The notes beneath the pieces are model-generated. The model saw only the letters and a list, made by a program, of their open reading frames with translations. It did not search any database and was not told the origin of the DNA. A DNA stretch of 64,000 nucleotides, from the NCBI RefSeq assembly GCF_009914755.1, contig NC_060928.1; one strand, given 5' to 3'. The DNA comes from the human T2T-CHM13v2.0 reference genome, Homo sapiens. Every line of letters begins with the position of its first letter. The first letter of the stretch is position 1. The position numbers and the translations under genes were made by a program. This document shows, one piece after another, positions 42,701 through 55,435 of this stretch.

Positions 42701-45068
42701 TTCAAATCTACCCATCAGGGCTGTTTTGGTTTTATTAATTTTCTTCTTTTTCTCTTTCTCTTTTTGTTTTATTATTCTCAGTTCTTCCTCTTTCACTTAA
42801 GTACACTTGTGTTTTGGAGATTTTGGATCATTGCATATGCTGATTTGCTGGGATTAATTCTGTCTTTTTAGTTTGTGGAAGATACTTTGAGACAATCCTG
42901 CCTTCTTTACATAGATTGTTCTTGGTTTTATTCTGAAATAGAGACCCCCTCTCAGAAGAAGATGCAGAGACCACTACCTATTACATCTCTCTGTCCTGTA
43001 GAAAACTTGACAATTCTATTCTGTAGGAACACGTGAAATAAATGTTTTGAGCCTTGTTTTTTCTCACATAACAGGTTTTCCAGTATATAATTCAACATGT
43101 GAAGCTTTTCTTATGATTTAAGGAGGTACTATTCTAAGATTGTTTGTGAGTTTGCCTTATTATGGTTTTCTATACACCTGAATTCTACATTTCTCCTCTG
43201 CTATGTTCACAGACTCAAGGGATACCTCAAGGTTGGAGTACAGTAAAAGAACCTTCTGCAGAAGGTAAAAATGAGGGCTGTCCACTTTTCACTGTGATGG
43301 ACTATCTAGGAAACAGTAGCCTTTTTTGGACATCATATTGTCCTTTCTACCCTTTTCCTAGTAGTTGGAAATCAGTTGCATATGAATGTGTGTTACATTT
43401 TCCTTTATCCATCTTTGTTTTGGGAAAGAGGTGGGAAGGAGTGACTCAGGAAATAGTTTTAGATTTTGAAATGTATGTTATTGCAGGAGAGTCACTATAT
43501 TATATTCTACTTTATGTAGAACAAATATTTTATTTGCTGCTTTTGAATAAAGGACTTGTTTGTTGAGAATGACATTGTCTTCAAAGATGGTCAGTTAACT
43601 TTTGTTTCTTTCTCAGACAAGTCTTATGCTTACTTAAGTCTTTTTCCCCCCATTTAACTGAATGTTACTTAGCATTTTAATAGCGACTGTAATAGAAATA
43701 ATGTAAATTACAAATATTAATACAATGAAAACTAAAACTTTCCAAGGTATTAGCCAGCCTTTTGAATTTGAATATGACCTTTGCTCTTTCTAAAAATTCT
43801 AAACATTTCTATGATTCTGATATGTATATTTATGTATATATTACATATATAAATGTATAGCTCAGAGGAAATGAATGATAAAAATAGAATAAATCACTTA
43901 GCATGTTTTTATATCTTATAATTAAAAACCGTTTCAATCTCTGGATGGTTACTCTGCATAGAATAGAACAAATAAAGCTTATATCTTTCTATCTTTCTCA
44001 TCTCATCTGGTTTTATATTTTAAAGATAAGAACCTCTTCAATAAAAGGTCCTCAGTAAGCATTCTTCTAACCCTTGGATAATCTTCTGTTTCTCCCTCTC
44101 TTTGCATCGACATTAATTCTTTCAGGATGTTGAAAATAATAGACCATTTAGATACTTTTGATTTCAGTGTTTTAATCAGATAATTACTTAATAGTTTGAA
44201 ATTAAGAATCTATATCAGTCTGACAAAATGAAACAGAATGGCACTTTTCATAGAGGGAAATTTATCGTTTTTATTTCCAGCAACTTTTCTTACCAAGTAA
44301 TCAGCTAAAAAAATGCAAAACAGGTGTTTATCACTGGGAGATTATAGTTGCATAAGGGCAATGTTCTAAAAGCAAACAAAGAGATTTGTGATTCACTCAT
44401 GTAAAGGTATAATAATTGAAGTCATATAAATTCAGAGTTCACTAAAAGAAGGAAAGGGAGAGAGTAGCCTTGGGGAAGACTGGCATTAAGGCAAAGGCAA
44501 AGAACTGATGAATGAAATCAGTAATGGCCATCAGAGACATGGAGGGAGAATCAGGAAGGCACAGTGTCATGAGCATCTAGAGAGGGGAGTGTTTTCAGGA
44601 AGGGATAGACGGTAATATAGTAGGGCGCATAGACTTGCCATATTGCAAAGTGTCTGCCAAGAGTCCTCCTGAATAATTCTTCATTTAGGTCTCAGTAATA
44701 AGAATAGATGTACTGCTGAGCAGACATTTTGTGTTTATATTGTGAATCCTGTGACTGATTTTGCTTCCTTCTTTGTCTGCCTTTTTTAACTGTTATTAAG
44801 GATCTCATATATTTTGTAAGTGTCTTTACCTCAGCTTCATTTTATCTTCCTGGTCCAGCGACATCTTTCATCTTTTATTCTCTTTGCATTGTATGCATCT
44901 TCGTAAGTGATTTCTTCCCTCCACTTTCCTCTTCCCCCTCCCCCCTCCTCCAACAGTGGGGGTTAGAGAGAGGAAAGATGAAAAGTGGCTAGTAGCTTGA
45001 CACGAGAAATATGATATACGTGAAAAAACCCATTAGATTTGGCAAGAATAAAATCATTATTAACAGGC

Positions 45069-45298
45069 AGGAAGATCAGTAGTTTGAGACTAGCCTGGCC
45101 AACAAAGTGAGACTCCATCTCAACAAAAAATGAAAAAAATTCGCCAGTCTTGGTAGTATGCACCTGTGGTCCCTGCTACACAGGAGGCTGAGGCAGGAGG
45201 ATCACGTGTACTCAGGAGGTCAAGGCTGCAGTGAGCCATGTTTGTGCCACTGCACTACAGCCTGGATGACAGACTGAGACCCTGTATCCAAAAAAAAT
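45069..45298 (+). mobile_element. 5'-truncated AluJ
   Basis: gtttgagactagcctggccaac...ggaggctgaggcaggaggatc...ggtcaaggctgcagtgagcc...gaccctgtatcc plus A tail. Confidence 0.85.
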
Positions 45299-45394
45299 CA
45301 TTAACCTTCAGGAAATTTAAATATTGGTATGGGGAACGGAGTGACATACATGCACACTCACACACACACACTCAAATCTTGAGCAAGATTTAAG

Positions 45395-45825
45395 TGGAAG
45401 CAACCCAAGTGTCCATTGATGAATGAATGGATAAGCAAAATGTGGAATATGCATACAATGGAATAGTAAGAAAATTCTGACATACGCACAACATGGATAA
45501 ACCTTGAGAACATTATGCTAAGTGAAAAAAGCCAGTCACGTAAAAAATATTGCGGGATTCTACTTCCGTGAGGTACTTAGAGTAGTCAGAATCATAGAGA
45601 CAGAAAGTAGAATGTTTGGTTGCCAGGGTCTGTGGGGAGGAGAGAACAGGGAGTTGTTGAATGGATACAGAATTTCAGTTTTGTGTAATAAGATGAAAAG
45701 AGTTCTGGAGATGGATTGTGATGATGGTTGCACAACAATATGAATATACTTCATACCACTGAATTGTATACTTAAAATTGGTTAGGATGGTAAATTTTAT
45801 GTTATGGATATTTCACCACAATGAA
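45395..45825 (+). mobile_element. L1MB-type 3' end
   Basis: gtggaagcaacccaagtgtccattgatgaatgaatggataagcaaaatgtgg...gagacagaaagtagaatg...cactgaattgtatacttaaaattggtt. Confidence 0.8.
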
Positions 45826-47149
45826 GGATTTAAGAGAATGAGTATGTACAAAGTAGAAACAGTGGGTGACCTCCTATTTAAGGAATAGGCAAGAAAATGG
45901 AGAGAAATGTAATGGTAATTTTAAATGGGTAGTCTGATGAGGTAGAAGGTTTTCTTAAGAACTGGTAGATCTGGGCTGCTTAAAAGACAAAAGGGAAGCA
46001 CTGGACTGATATTTTTAAAGTTGAACATTAAAAAATAATTCAGCAATTACTTTTTGAACACCTACTATGTGTTAGTGGTAGTCTTATTATATATTTTGTT
46101 TTATGTCAGCCTTATTACATATTTTGTTTCATGTCAGCTTTCTTTTTCTTCATGGATAATTGTGTCAGTTTATGGATTGAAAAGATTTTGTTAGGCTAAT
46201 AAGAAAATAATGTAAGCTCAGAAAGGCAAGAAACTTGCTGACAGAATAATTCTCCATTGCTGGATGGCAGTGACTCACAGGCATATCACTAACAATTTTT
46301 AAATCCTTCTTAGAATTCATTTTCTGTGATGAATTTGAGTGACAATCCTTGTTGAACAATGTCTTGAACTTTGTGGAAGGGGATGGAGGCGGGTTGGGGA
46401 AAGTGGCAGTGGAGGGGCAAGTAATTAGAGAAGGGAGGCCCAAGAGATTCCTTAACTTTTAAATTGGCTTATGCATTTGTTTGGTTTCTGAATTATATAT
46501 TGTAAGCATATAGAATTCTAACATCATTATTTTCCCTGTTTTGACCAGTACCAAATATTTTATGGGAGACTTTTAATGATAGTGCTACAGCTCTACTGCA
46601 ATGAATAATAATAGGTTTCTGTGTGCTAGCTACATTCCCACTGATCCCGAGCCTGTGACCTTAGCAAAGGTAAGCATATCCCAGATTGCAATGTGAGATA
46701 GTTGAAGATTGATCTGCTTTGTTAGTTGTCTAAATTTCTCTCATCTGTTTTTAATGAGCATGCTCAACTGCATGAATCTGTTGATGACCTTAGACTGCAT
46801 TATCTTTTAGATGTGTAAATTGGAAGCTTTTGAATGAGGGAAGGTGAAGTTTTAAGTTAGTGAATATATGCTTTAGGACTGTGTCTGGATTCTGTGAGTG
46901 GTTTTCAAGGATGCCCCAAAGAGTAATCACTCTAGATTCTAGTGGAACTGCAGTATATTAAGTATGGGAGGCTGAATTTATGACAAAACTAAACGCTTAA
47001 TAAATTCCTCTGCATAACTGATTGTTCAACATGCTTTGTTGAGTGGCTTGAAATTACAGTATAGTGTATCTTCTCTTTTAGTACAAAGTTTCATTTTAAA
47101 ATTTGAGCAGTTTGTCTAAGTCTTTTTTAAATATAAAAGTAATCTTTTT

Positions 47150-47306
47150 ATTTAAAATAGATTATATTTTCCAAAATAAAAAAAATGAGAAGGCTAACAT
47201 TGTCTTGCATTTTTGCAAACCTCTTCAATGTCTGACTTACTGGAGTGTAGTTAGATTCTCATAGCTGCTTCTGTATCCAATCTGTTTTAGGATATTGTTT
47301 CGGTTT

Positions 47307-47308
<2 letters not shown>
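47150..47308. mobile_element. Charlie1-like DNA transposon fragment
   Basis: cattgtcttgcatttttgcaaacctcttcaatgtctgactta...gattctcatagctgcttctgtatccaatctg. Confidence 0.6.

Positions 47309-47350
<42 letters not shown>
47309..47350. repeat. (GT)6(AT)14 compound microsatellite at the L1 tail
   Basis: Direct reading. Confidence 0.92.
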
Positions 47351-47352
<2 letters not shown>

Positions 47353-47559
47353 TTTTTTATTATACTTTAAGTTCTAGGGTACACGTGCACAACGTGCAGT
47401 TTTGATACCTAGGTATACGTGTGCCATGTTGGTTTGCTGCACCCATTAACTTATTTACATTAGGTATTTCTCCTAATGCTATCCCTCCCCTAGCCCCCTA
47501 CCCCCTGACAGGCCCCTGTGTGTGATGTTCCCTGCCCTGTGTCCAAGTGATCTCATTGT

Positions 47560-50500
47560 TCAGTTCCCACCTATGAGTGAGAACATGTGGTGTTTGGTTT
47601 TCTGTCCTTGTGATAGTTTACTGAGAATGATGGTTCCCAGCTGCATCCATGTCCCTGCAAAGGACATGAACTCATCCTTTTTTATGGCTACATAGTATTC
47701 CATGGTGTATATGTGCCACATTTTCTTAATTCAGTCTATCATTGTTGAACATTTGGGTTGGTTCCAAGTCTTTGCTATTGTGAATAGTGCCGCAATAAAC
47801 ACGTGTGCATGTGTCTTTATAGTAGCATGATTTATAATCCTTTGGGTATATACCCAGTAATGGGATGGCTGGGTCAAATGGTAATTCTAGTTCTAGATCC
47901 TTGAGGAATCACCACACTGTCTTCCACAATGGTTGAACTAACTTACACTCCCACCAACAGTGTAAAAGTGTTCCTATTTCTCCACATCCTCTCCAGCATC
48001 TGTTGTTTCCTGACTTTTTAATGATTGCCATTCTGATTGGCATGAGATGGTATCTCATTGTGGTTTTAATTTGCATTTCTCTGATGACCAGTGATGATGA
48101 ACATTTTTTCATGTGTCTGTTGGCTGCATAGATATCTTCTTTTGAGAAGTGTCTGTTCATATCCTTTGCCCACTTTTTGATGGGGTTGTTTGCTTTTTTC
48201 TTGTAAATTTGTTTGAGTTCTTTGTAGATTCTGGATATTAGCCTTTTGTCACATGGCTAGATTGCAAAAATTTTCTCTCATTTTGTAGGTTACCTGTTCA
48301 CTGTGATGGTAGTTTCTTTTGCCCTGCAGAAGCTCTTTTGTTTAATTAGATCCCATTTGTCTATTTTGGCTTTTGTGGCCATTGCTTTTGGTGTTTTGGT
48401 CATGAAGTCCTTGCCCGTGCCTATGTCCTGAATGGTATTGCCTAGGTTTTCTTCTAGCGTTTTTATGGTTTTAGGTCTAACATTTAATTCTTTAATTCAT
48501 CTTGAATTAATTTTTGTATAAGGTGTAAGGAAGGGATCCAGTTTCAGCTTTCTACATATAGCTAGCCAGTTTTCCCAGCACCATGTATTAAATAGGGAAG
48601 CCTTTCTCCATTTCTTGTTTTTGTCAGGTTTGTCAAAGATCAGATGGTTGTAGATGTGTGGTGTTATTTCTGAGGCCTCTGTTCTGTTCCATTGGTCTAT
48701 ATATCTGCTTTGGTACCAGTACCCTTCTGTTTTGGCTACTGTAGCCTTGTAGTATAGTTTGAAGTCAGGTAGTGTGATGCCTCCAGCTTTGTTCTTTTTG
48801 CTTAGGATTGTCTTGGCAATGTGGGCTCTTTTTTGGTTCCATATGAACAGTAGTTTTTTTCCAATTCTGTGAAGAAAGTCATTGGTAGCTTGATGGGGAT
48901 AGCATTGAATCTATAAATTACCTTGGGCAGTATGGCCATTTTCATGATATTAATTCTTCCTATCCATGAGCATGGAATATTCTTCCATTTGTTTGTGTCC
49001 TCTTTTATTTCCTTGAGCAGTGATTTGTAGTTCTCCTTGAAGAGGTCCTTCCCATCCCTTGTAAATTGGATTCCTAGGTATTTTATTCTCTTTGAAGCAG
49101 TTGTGAATGGGAGTTCACTCATGATTTGGCTCTCTGTTTGTCTGTTACTGGTGTATAAGAATGCTTGTGATTTTTGCACATTGATTTTGTATCCTGACAC
49201 TTTACTGAAGTTGCTTATCAGCTTAAGGAGATTTGGGGCTGAGATCATGGGATTTTCTAAATATACAATCATGTCATCTACAAACAGGGACAATTTGACT
49301 TCCTCCTTTCCTAATTGAATACCCTTTATTTCTTTCTCTTGCCTGATTACCCTGGCCACAACTCCCAACACTATGTTGAATAGGAGTGGTGAGAGAGGGC
49401 GTCCTTGTCTTGTGCTGGTTTTCAAAGGGGATGATTCCAGTTTTTGCCCATTCAGTATGATACTGGCTGTGGGTTTGTCATAAATAGCTCTTATTATTTT
49501 GAGATACATTCCATTAATACCTAGTTTGTTGAGAGTTTTTGGCATGAAGGGCTGTTGAGTTTTTTGAAGCCCTTTTCTTCATCTGTTGAGATAATCATGT
49601 GGTTTTTATCTTTGGTTCTGTTTATATGCTGGATTACGTTCATTGATTTGCGTATGTTGAACCAGCCTTACATCTGAGGGATGAAGCTGACTTGATTGTG
49701 GTGGATAAGCTTTTTGATGTGCTGCTGGATTCGGTTTGCCAGTATTTTATTGAGGATTTTTACATCGTTGTTGATCAGGGATATTGGTCTAAAATTCTCT
49801 TTTTTTGTTGTGTCTCTGCCAGGCTTTGGTATCAGGTTGATGCTGGCCTCATAAAATGCGTTAGGGAGGATTCCCTCTTTTCCTGTTGATTGGAATAGTT
49901 TCAGAAGGAATGGTCCCAGCTCCTCTTTGTACCTCTGGTAGAATTCAGCTGTGAATCCCTCTGTTCCTGGACTTCTTTTGGTTGGTAGGCTATTAATTAT
50001 TGCCTCAATTTCAGAGCCTGTTATTGTTCCATTCAGAGATTCAACTTCTTCCTGGTTTAGTCTTGGGAGGGTGTATGCATCCAGGAATTTATCCATTTCT
50101 TCTAGATTTTCTAGTTTATTTGCGTAGAGGTGTTTATAGTATTCTCTGATGGTAGTTTGCGTTTCTGTGGGATCGGTAGTGATATCCCCTTTATCATTTT
50201 TTATTGTGTCTATTTGATTCTTCTCTCTTTTCTTCTTTATTAATCTTGCTAGCAGTCTATCAATTTTGTTGATCTTTTCAAAAAACCCGCTCCTGGATTG
50301 ATTGATTTTTTGAAGGGTTTTTTGTGTCTATCTTTTTCAGTTCTGCTCTGATCTTAGTTATTTCTTGCCTTCTGCTAGCTTTTGAATGTGTTTGCTCTTG
50401 CTTCTCTAGTTCTTTTAATTGTGATGTTAGGGTGTTGATTTTAGATCTTTCCTGCTTTCTCTTGTGGGCATTTAGTGCTATAAATTTCCCTCTACACACT

Positions 50501-51372
50501 ACTTTAAATATGTCCCAGACATCCTAGTATGTTGTATCTTTGTTCTCATTGGTTTCAAAGAACATCTTTATTTCTGCCTTCATTTCGTTATTTTCCCAGT
50601 AGTCATTCAGGGGCAAGTTGTTCAGTTTCCATGTAGTTGTGCGGTTTTGAGTGAATTTCTTAATCCTGAGTTCTAATTTGATCGCACTGTGGTCTGAGAG
50701 GCAGTTTTTTGTGATTTCTGTTCTTTAGATTTGCTGAGGAGTGCTTTACTTCCGATTATGTGGTCAATTTTAGAATAAGTGCGATGTGGTGCTGAGAAGA
50801 ATGTATGTTCTGTTGATTAGGGCTGGAGAGTTCTGTAGATGTCTATTAGGTCCGCTTGGTGCAGAGCTGAGTTCAAGTCCTGGATATCCTTGTTAACCTT
50901 CTGTCTTGTTGATCTGTCTGATATTGACAGTGGGTTGTTAAAGTCTTCCATTATTATTGTGTGGGAGTCTAAGTCTCTTTGTAGCTCTTTAAGGACTTGC
51001 TTTATGAATCTGGTTGCTCCTGTATTGGGTGCATATATATTTAGGATAGTTAGCACTTCTTGTTGAATTGATCCCTTTACCATTATGTAACAGCCTTGTT
51101 TCTTTTGATTTTTCTTGGTTTAAAGTCTGTTTTATCAGAGACTAGGATTGCAACTGCTGCTTTTTTTTGCTTTCCATTTGCTCAGTGGATCTTCCTCCAT
51201 CCCTTTATTTTGAGCCTATGTAAGTCTTTGCGCGTGCTGTGGGTCTCCTAAATACAGCACACTGATGGGTCTTGACTCTTTATCCAATTTGCCAGTCTGT
51301 GTCATTTAATTAGGGCATTTAGCCCTTTTATATTTAAGGTTAATATTGTTATGTGTGATATGATCCTTTCAT
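47560..51372 (-). pseudogene. Fragmented L1 ORF2p
   Basis: ORF pieces 50817-51083, 50278-50499, 49668-50096, 48802-49545 (RT motif altered to FVDD), 47909-48160; several stops and frameshifts. Confidence 0.9.
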
Positions 51373-51435
51373 TATGATGTTTGCTGGTTATTTTTCCCGT
51401 TAATTAATGCAGTTTCTTCCTAGCCTTGATGGTCT

Positions 51436-52465
51436 TTACAATTTGGCATGTTTTTGCAGTGGCTAGTACCGGTTTTTTCTTTCCATGTTTAGTGCTTCCT
51501 TCAGGAGCTCTTGTAAGGCAGGCAGGCCTGGTGGTGACAGAATCTCTCAGCATTTGCTTGTCTGTAAAGGATTTTATTTCTCCTTCAGTTATGAAGCTTA
51601 GTTTGGCTGGATATGAAATTCTGGGTTCAAAATTCTTTTCTTTAAGAATGTTGAATATCGACCTCCACTCTCTTGTGGCTTGTAGGGTTTCTGCCAAGAG
51701 ATTCGCTGTTAGTCTGATGGGCTTCCCTTTGTGGGTAACCCGACCTTTCTCTCTGGCTGCCTTAACATTTTTTCCTTCATTTCAACCTTGGTGAATCTGA
51801 CAATTATGCGTCTTGGTGTTGCTCTTCTCAAGGAGTATCTTTGTGGTGGTCTCTGTATTTCCTGAATTTGAATGTTGGCCTGCCTTGCTAGGTTGGGGGT
51901 GTTCTCCTGGATAATATACTGAAGAGTGTTTTCCAACTTGGGTCCATTCCCCCCATCACTTTCAGGTACACCAATCAAATGTAGATTTGGTCTTTTCACA
52001 TAGTTCCATATTTCTTGGAGGCTTTGTTCGTTTCTTTTTACTCTTTTTTCTCTGACCTTGTCTTCTCACTTTATTTCATTACTTTGATCTTCAATCACTG
52101 ATCTCCTTTCTTCTACTTGATCAAATTGGCTATTGAAGCTTGTGCATGTGTCATGAAGTTCTCGTGCCATAGTTTTCAGCTCCATCAGGTCATTTAAGGT
52201 CTTCCCTACACTGTTTATTCTAGTTAGCCATTCGTCTAATCTTTTTTTCAAGGTTTTTAGCTTCCTTGCGATGGGTTCGAACATCCTGCATTAGCTCGGA
52301 GAAGTTTGTTATTACCGACCTTCTGAAGCCTACTTCTGTCAACTTGTCACAGTCATTCTCTGTCCTGCTTTGTTCCATTGCTGGCGAGGAGCTGCAATCC
52401 TTTGGAGGAGAAGGGGCACTCTGGTTTTTAGAATTTTCAGCTTTTCTGCTCTGGTTTTTCCCCAT
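51436..52465 (-). pseudogene. Fragmented L1 ORF1p
   Basis: MGKNQSRKAENSK start at 52465; frameshifted pieces 52066-52284, 51709-51999, 51404-51697. Confidence 0.9.
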
Positions 52466-53050
52466 CTTTGTGGTTTTATCTACTTTTGGTCTTTGATGTT
52501 GGTGACCTACAGATGGGGTTTTGGTGTAGATGACCTTTTTGTTGATGTTGATGCTATTCCTTTCTGTTTGTTAGTTTTCTTTCTAACAGTCAGGTGCAGG
52601 TCTGTTGGAGTTTGCTGCAGTTCCATTCCAGACCCTGTTTGCCTGGGTATCACCAGTGGAGGCTGCAGAACAGCAAATATTGCAGAACAGCAAATATTGC
52701 TGCCTGATCCTTTCTCTGGAAGCTTCGTCCCACAGGAGCAGCCGCGTATATGAGGTGTCTGTTGGCCCCTACTGGGTGATGTCTCCCAGTTAGGCTACAC
52801 AGGGATCAGGGACCCACTTGAGGCAGTCTGTCCATTCTCAGAGCTCAGACGCTGTGCTGGGAGAACCACTGCTCTCTGCAGAGCTGTCAGACAGGGACAT
52901 TTAAGTCTGCAGAAGTTGTCTGCTGCCTTTTGTTCAGCTATGCCCTGCCCACAGAGGTGGAGTCTAGAGGCAGTAGGCCTTGTTGAGCTGTGGTGGCTCC
53001 GCCCAGTTCCAGCTACCAGGCTGCTTTGTTTACCTATTCAAGCCTCAGCA

Positions 53051-53191
53051 ATGGCACACACCCCTCCCCAAGCCAGGCTGCCACCTTACAGTTCAATCTC
53101 AGACTGCTGCGCTAGCAGTGAGCAAGGCTTCGTGGGTGTGGGACCGCCGAACCAGGCACAGGAGAGAATCTCCTTGTCTGCTGGTTGCTAA
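53051..53191 (+). other. ORF0-like antisense ORF in the L1 5'UTR
   Basis: gcaATGG Kozak context; MAHTPPQARLPPYSSISDCCASSEQGFVGVGP resembles L1HS ORF0p MAGAPPPASLPPCSLISDCCASNQRDSVGVGP, then diverges (46 aa). Confidence 0.7.
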
Positions 53192-53642
53192 GACCTTGGG
53201 GAAAGCGCAGTATTTGGGCGGGAGTGTTCCGATTTTCCAGGTAGTCTGTCATGGCTTCCCTTGGCTAGGAAAGGGAAATCCCCCGACCCCTTGCACTTCT
53301 CGGGTGATGCGATGCCCTGCCCTGCTTCAGCTCGCCCTCCGTTGGCTGCACACGTTGCCCAGCCAGTCCCAATGAGATGAACCAGGTACCTATTGGAAAT
53401 GCAGAAATCACCTGTCTTCTGCATGGATCACGCTGGGAGCTGCAGATCGGAGCTGTTCCTATTCGGCCATCTTGGGAGTCTTTTTTTTTTTTTTTTTTTT
53501 TAGTGGCAAGAGATGGAGACTCAAATTACCTCAAGTAATGAGAAGTTGATTGTAAAGATGCTTCATCACCAATGATTTGATTGATTGCAAGTTACAAAAA
53601 TCAGACTCACCTGCTTTCTTTATTTATATATAATCAAAACTT

Positions 53643-53918
53643 TATGCTGTAATCCCAGCAGTTTGGGAGGTCTAGGCAGGTGGATCACTTGAGGTCAGGA
53701 GTTTGAGACCAGCCTGGCCAACATGATGAAACCCTGTCCTACTAAAAATACAAAAATTAGCTGGGTGTGGTGCGCACCTGTAATTCCAGCTACTCGAGAG
53801 GCTGAGGCACGAGGATTGTTTCAACCTGGGATGCATAGGTTGCAGTGAGCCGAGATCATAACACTGCACTCCAGCCTGGGTGACAGAGTGAGACTCTGTC
53901 TCAAAAAAACAAAAAAAA
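53643..53918 (+). mobile_element. Alu (S/J boundary type), slightly 5'-truncated
   Basis: tgtaatcccagca...ggatcacttgaggtcaggagtttgagaccagcctggccaac...gagactctgtctc plus A tail. Confidence 0.92.
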
Positions 53919-53929
53919 TTATTTTTCCT

Positions 53930-55310
53930 GTGAGACAGGACAGGCATTATTCTAGGCTTTGGGGATAGAGCATTGAACAAAATAGATATTCTTCCCTGAT
54001 GGAGTTAACGCTCTTTTAGAGAGACAGTGAACAAGTTTGCATGTATGTATGTGTGTAGCTACATATACACTCACACAACTGCTGGTACAGGTTATTTATG
54101 TGAAAAAATAAAGCAGGGTAACAGTATAGTTAGTGAGCAGATGGAACAAGGGCTAGTTAGATAATGTGGTCAAGGAAGAAGTCCCCCAAGAAGAGGTTTT
54201 TGGTTATAGATCAGAGTGGCGCTAGAGGGTGAGTCAGGGGACAATCTGGGTGAAGTATATTCCAGGTTTAGGGACCAGCCACACCAAGGCTTACGGCTGA
54301 CACAACCTTAAAGTGTTTAGGAAACTGTTGGAAGGCTCAAGTAGCTAGAAAGTAGTAAGGAATGGGAAGAGTGGTGGGAGACAAATTGATCAGGGAGACA
54401 GACAGGGACAGATCTCATAGGACCTGGTAGGGCCAATAAGGAATTTGAGATTTACTATATGGATAATGTAAGTATATTGCAAGTATAACTCCATTTAGGA
54501 GTTTTGAGCAAAGTAGTGATGTGACTTATCTTTCAAAATGATTATTGTAATTACTGTGTGAATATTAGACTCTTGAGGAGAAGGGGTCAGGAGTAGAAGT
54601 AGAAGACCTGTTGAGGCTTCGCGTGAACTGGTGAGAGGTGATGGTAATCTGGTGAGAAGGAAATGGCTGGAAAGTCTGATTTCATGATATATTTTGAGGA
54701 AATAGCTGGCAGGATTTGCTGTGGAATTGAATTCAGGTTACTAGTGGGGGACAGGGACAGGAATAAAAGTTCATTCTTAGGTTTTATGTGGCATTGAAAT
54801 TTCTTGGGAATAGGAGTAATTAGGAAAAAACCCAGAAATCTGAAGTCTCATGGGGGAGGTTGTTAATAATGGGGGAAAACATTGAAAAATACTGGTTGAG
54901 ATCATGGCGCAAAGAGTGAAGGACTGAGTGCTGTGAGGTCAAGAAGTAGAGGAGGACCCTGGAGAGAAGGTGGGGAAGAAATGGCCGGTGAGATAGGAGG
55001 AGAGCCAGGAGAATGTGGGGACCTAGACGCTTAGTGAAGAAAGCATTTTAAGAAAAAGCAATGTCACATGTTCCAGAAATCTGAATAAGATGACAACACA
55101 GACTTGACAATTGGATTGGCAAAGTCGAAGTTAAGGTTATTGATCTTAACAGAGACAGATTCACTGTAGGGGTAGAAGTAAAAGTCTTTAATTGGAATGG
55201 ATTAAACAGGAAGTAAGGACAATAAATATTGTTGACTTTAAAAAGGAAGAGCCAAGAAATGGGACTCTGATACATGAAGGGAGATAATGTTGTGAATAAT
55301 TTTTTTTAAA
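53930..55310 (-). mobile_element. L2 LINE fragment
   Basis: Purine-rich antisense L2 motifs (ggcattattctaggctttggggatagagcattgaacaaaatag; gttttgagcaaagtagtgatgtg; gctggcaggatttgctg). Confidence 0.7.
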
Positions 55311-55324
55311 TGATAGGAGATTTT

Positions 55325-55435
55325 AATCATATATACATATATACACATATATACATATATATTTAAATCATATATATATTTTCATATATATGAAAATATA
55401 AATCTATATATATGAATATATATTATATATATATG
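55325..55435. repeat. (TA)-rich simple repeat
   Basis: Direct reading. Confidence 0.85.

Larger units (their letters stand above)
47352..53480 (-). mobile_element. Full-length (about 6.1 kb) inactive L1PA6/L1PA7-type LINE-1
   Basis: Minus-strand 5' end ccaagatggccgaataggaacagctcc (YY1 site), ORF1 and ORF2 fragments in the ORF track, 3'UTR with the older acttaaagtataat allele. Confidence 0.93.

Noticed and set aside
52666-52700. Duplicated agaacagcaaatattgc in the L1 5'UTR
   Set aside because: A similar duplication is, as I recall, part of the L1PA5-7 5'UTR consensus rather than locus-specific.
55375-55400. 26-bp palindrome tatattttcatatatatgaaaatata
   Set aside because: Embedded in a TA simple repeat where palindromes are expected.
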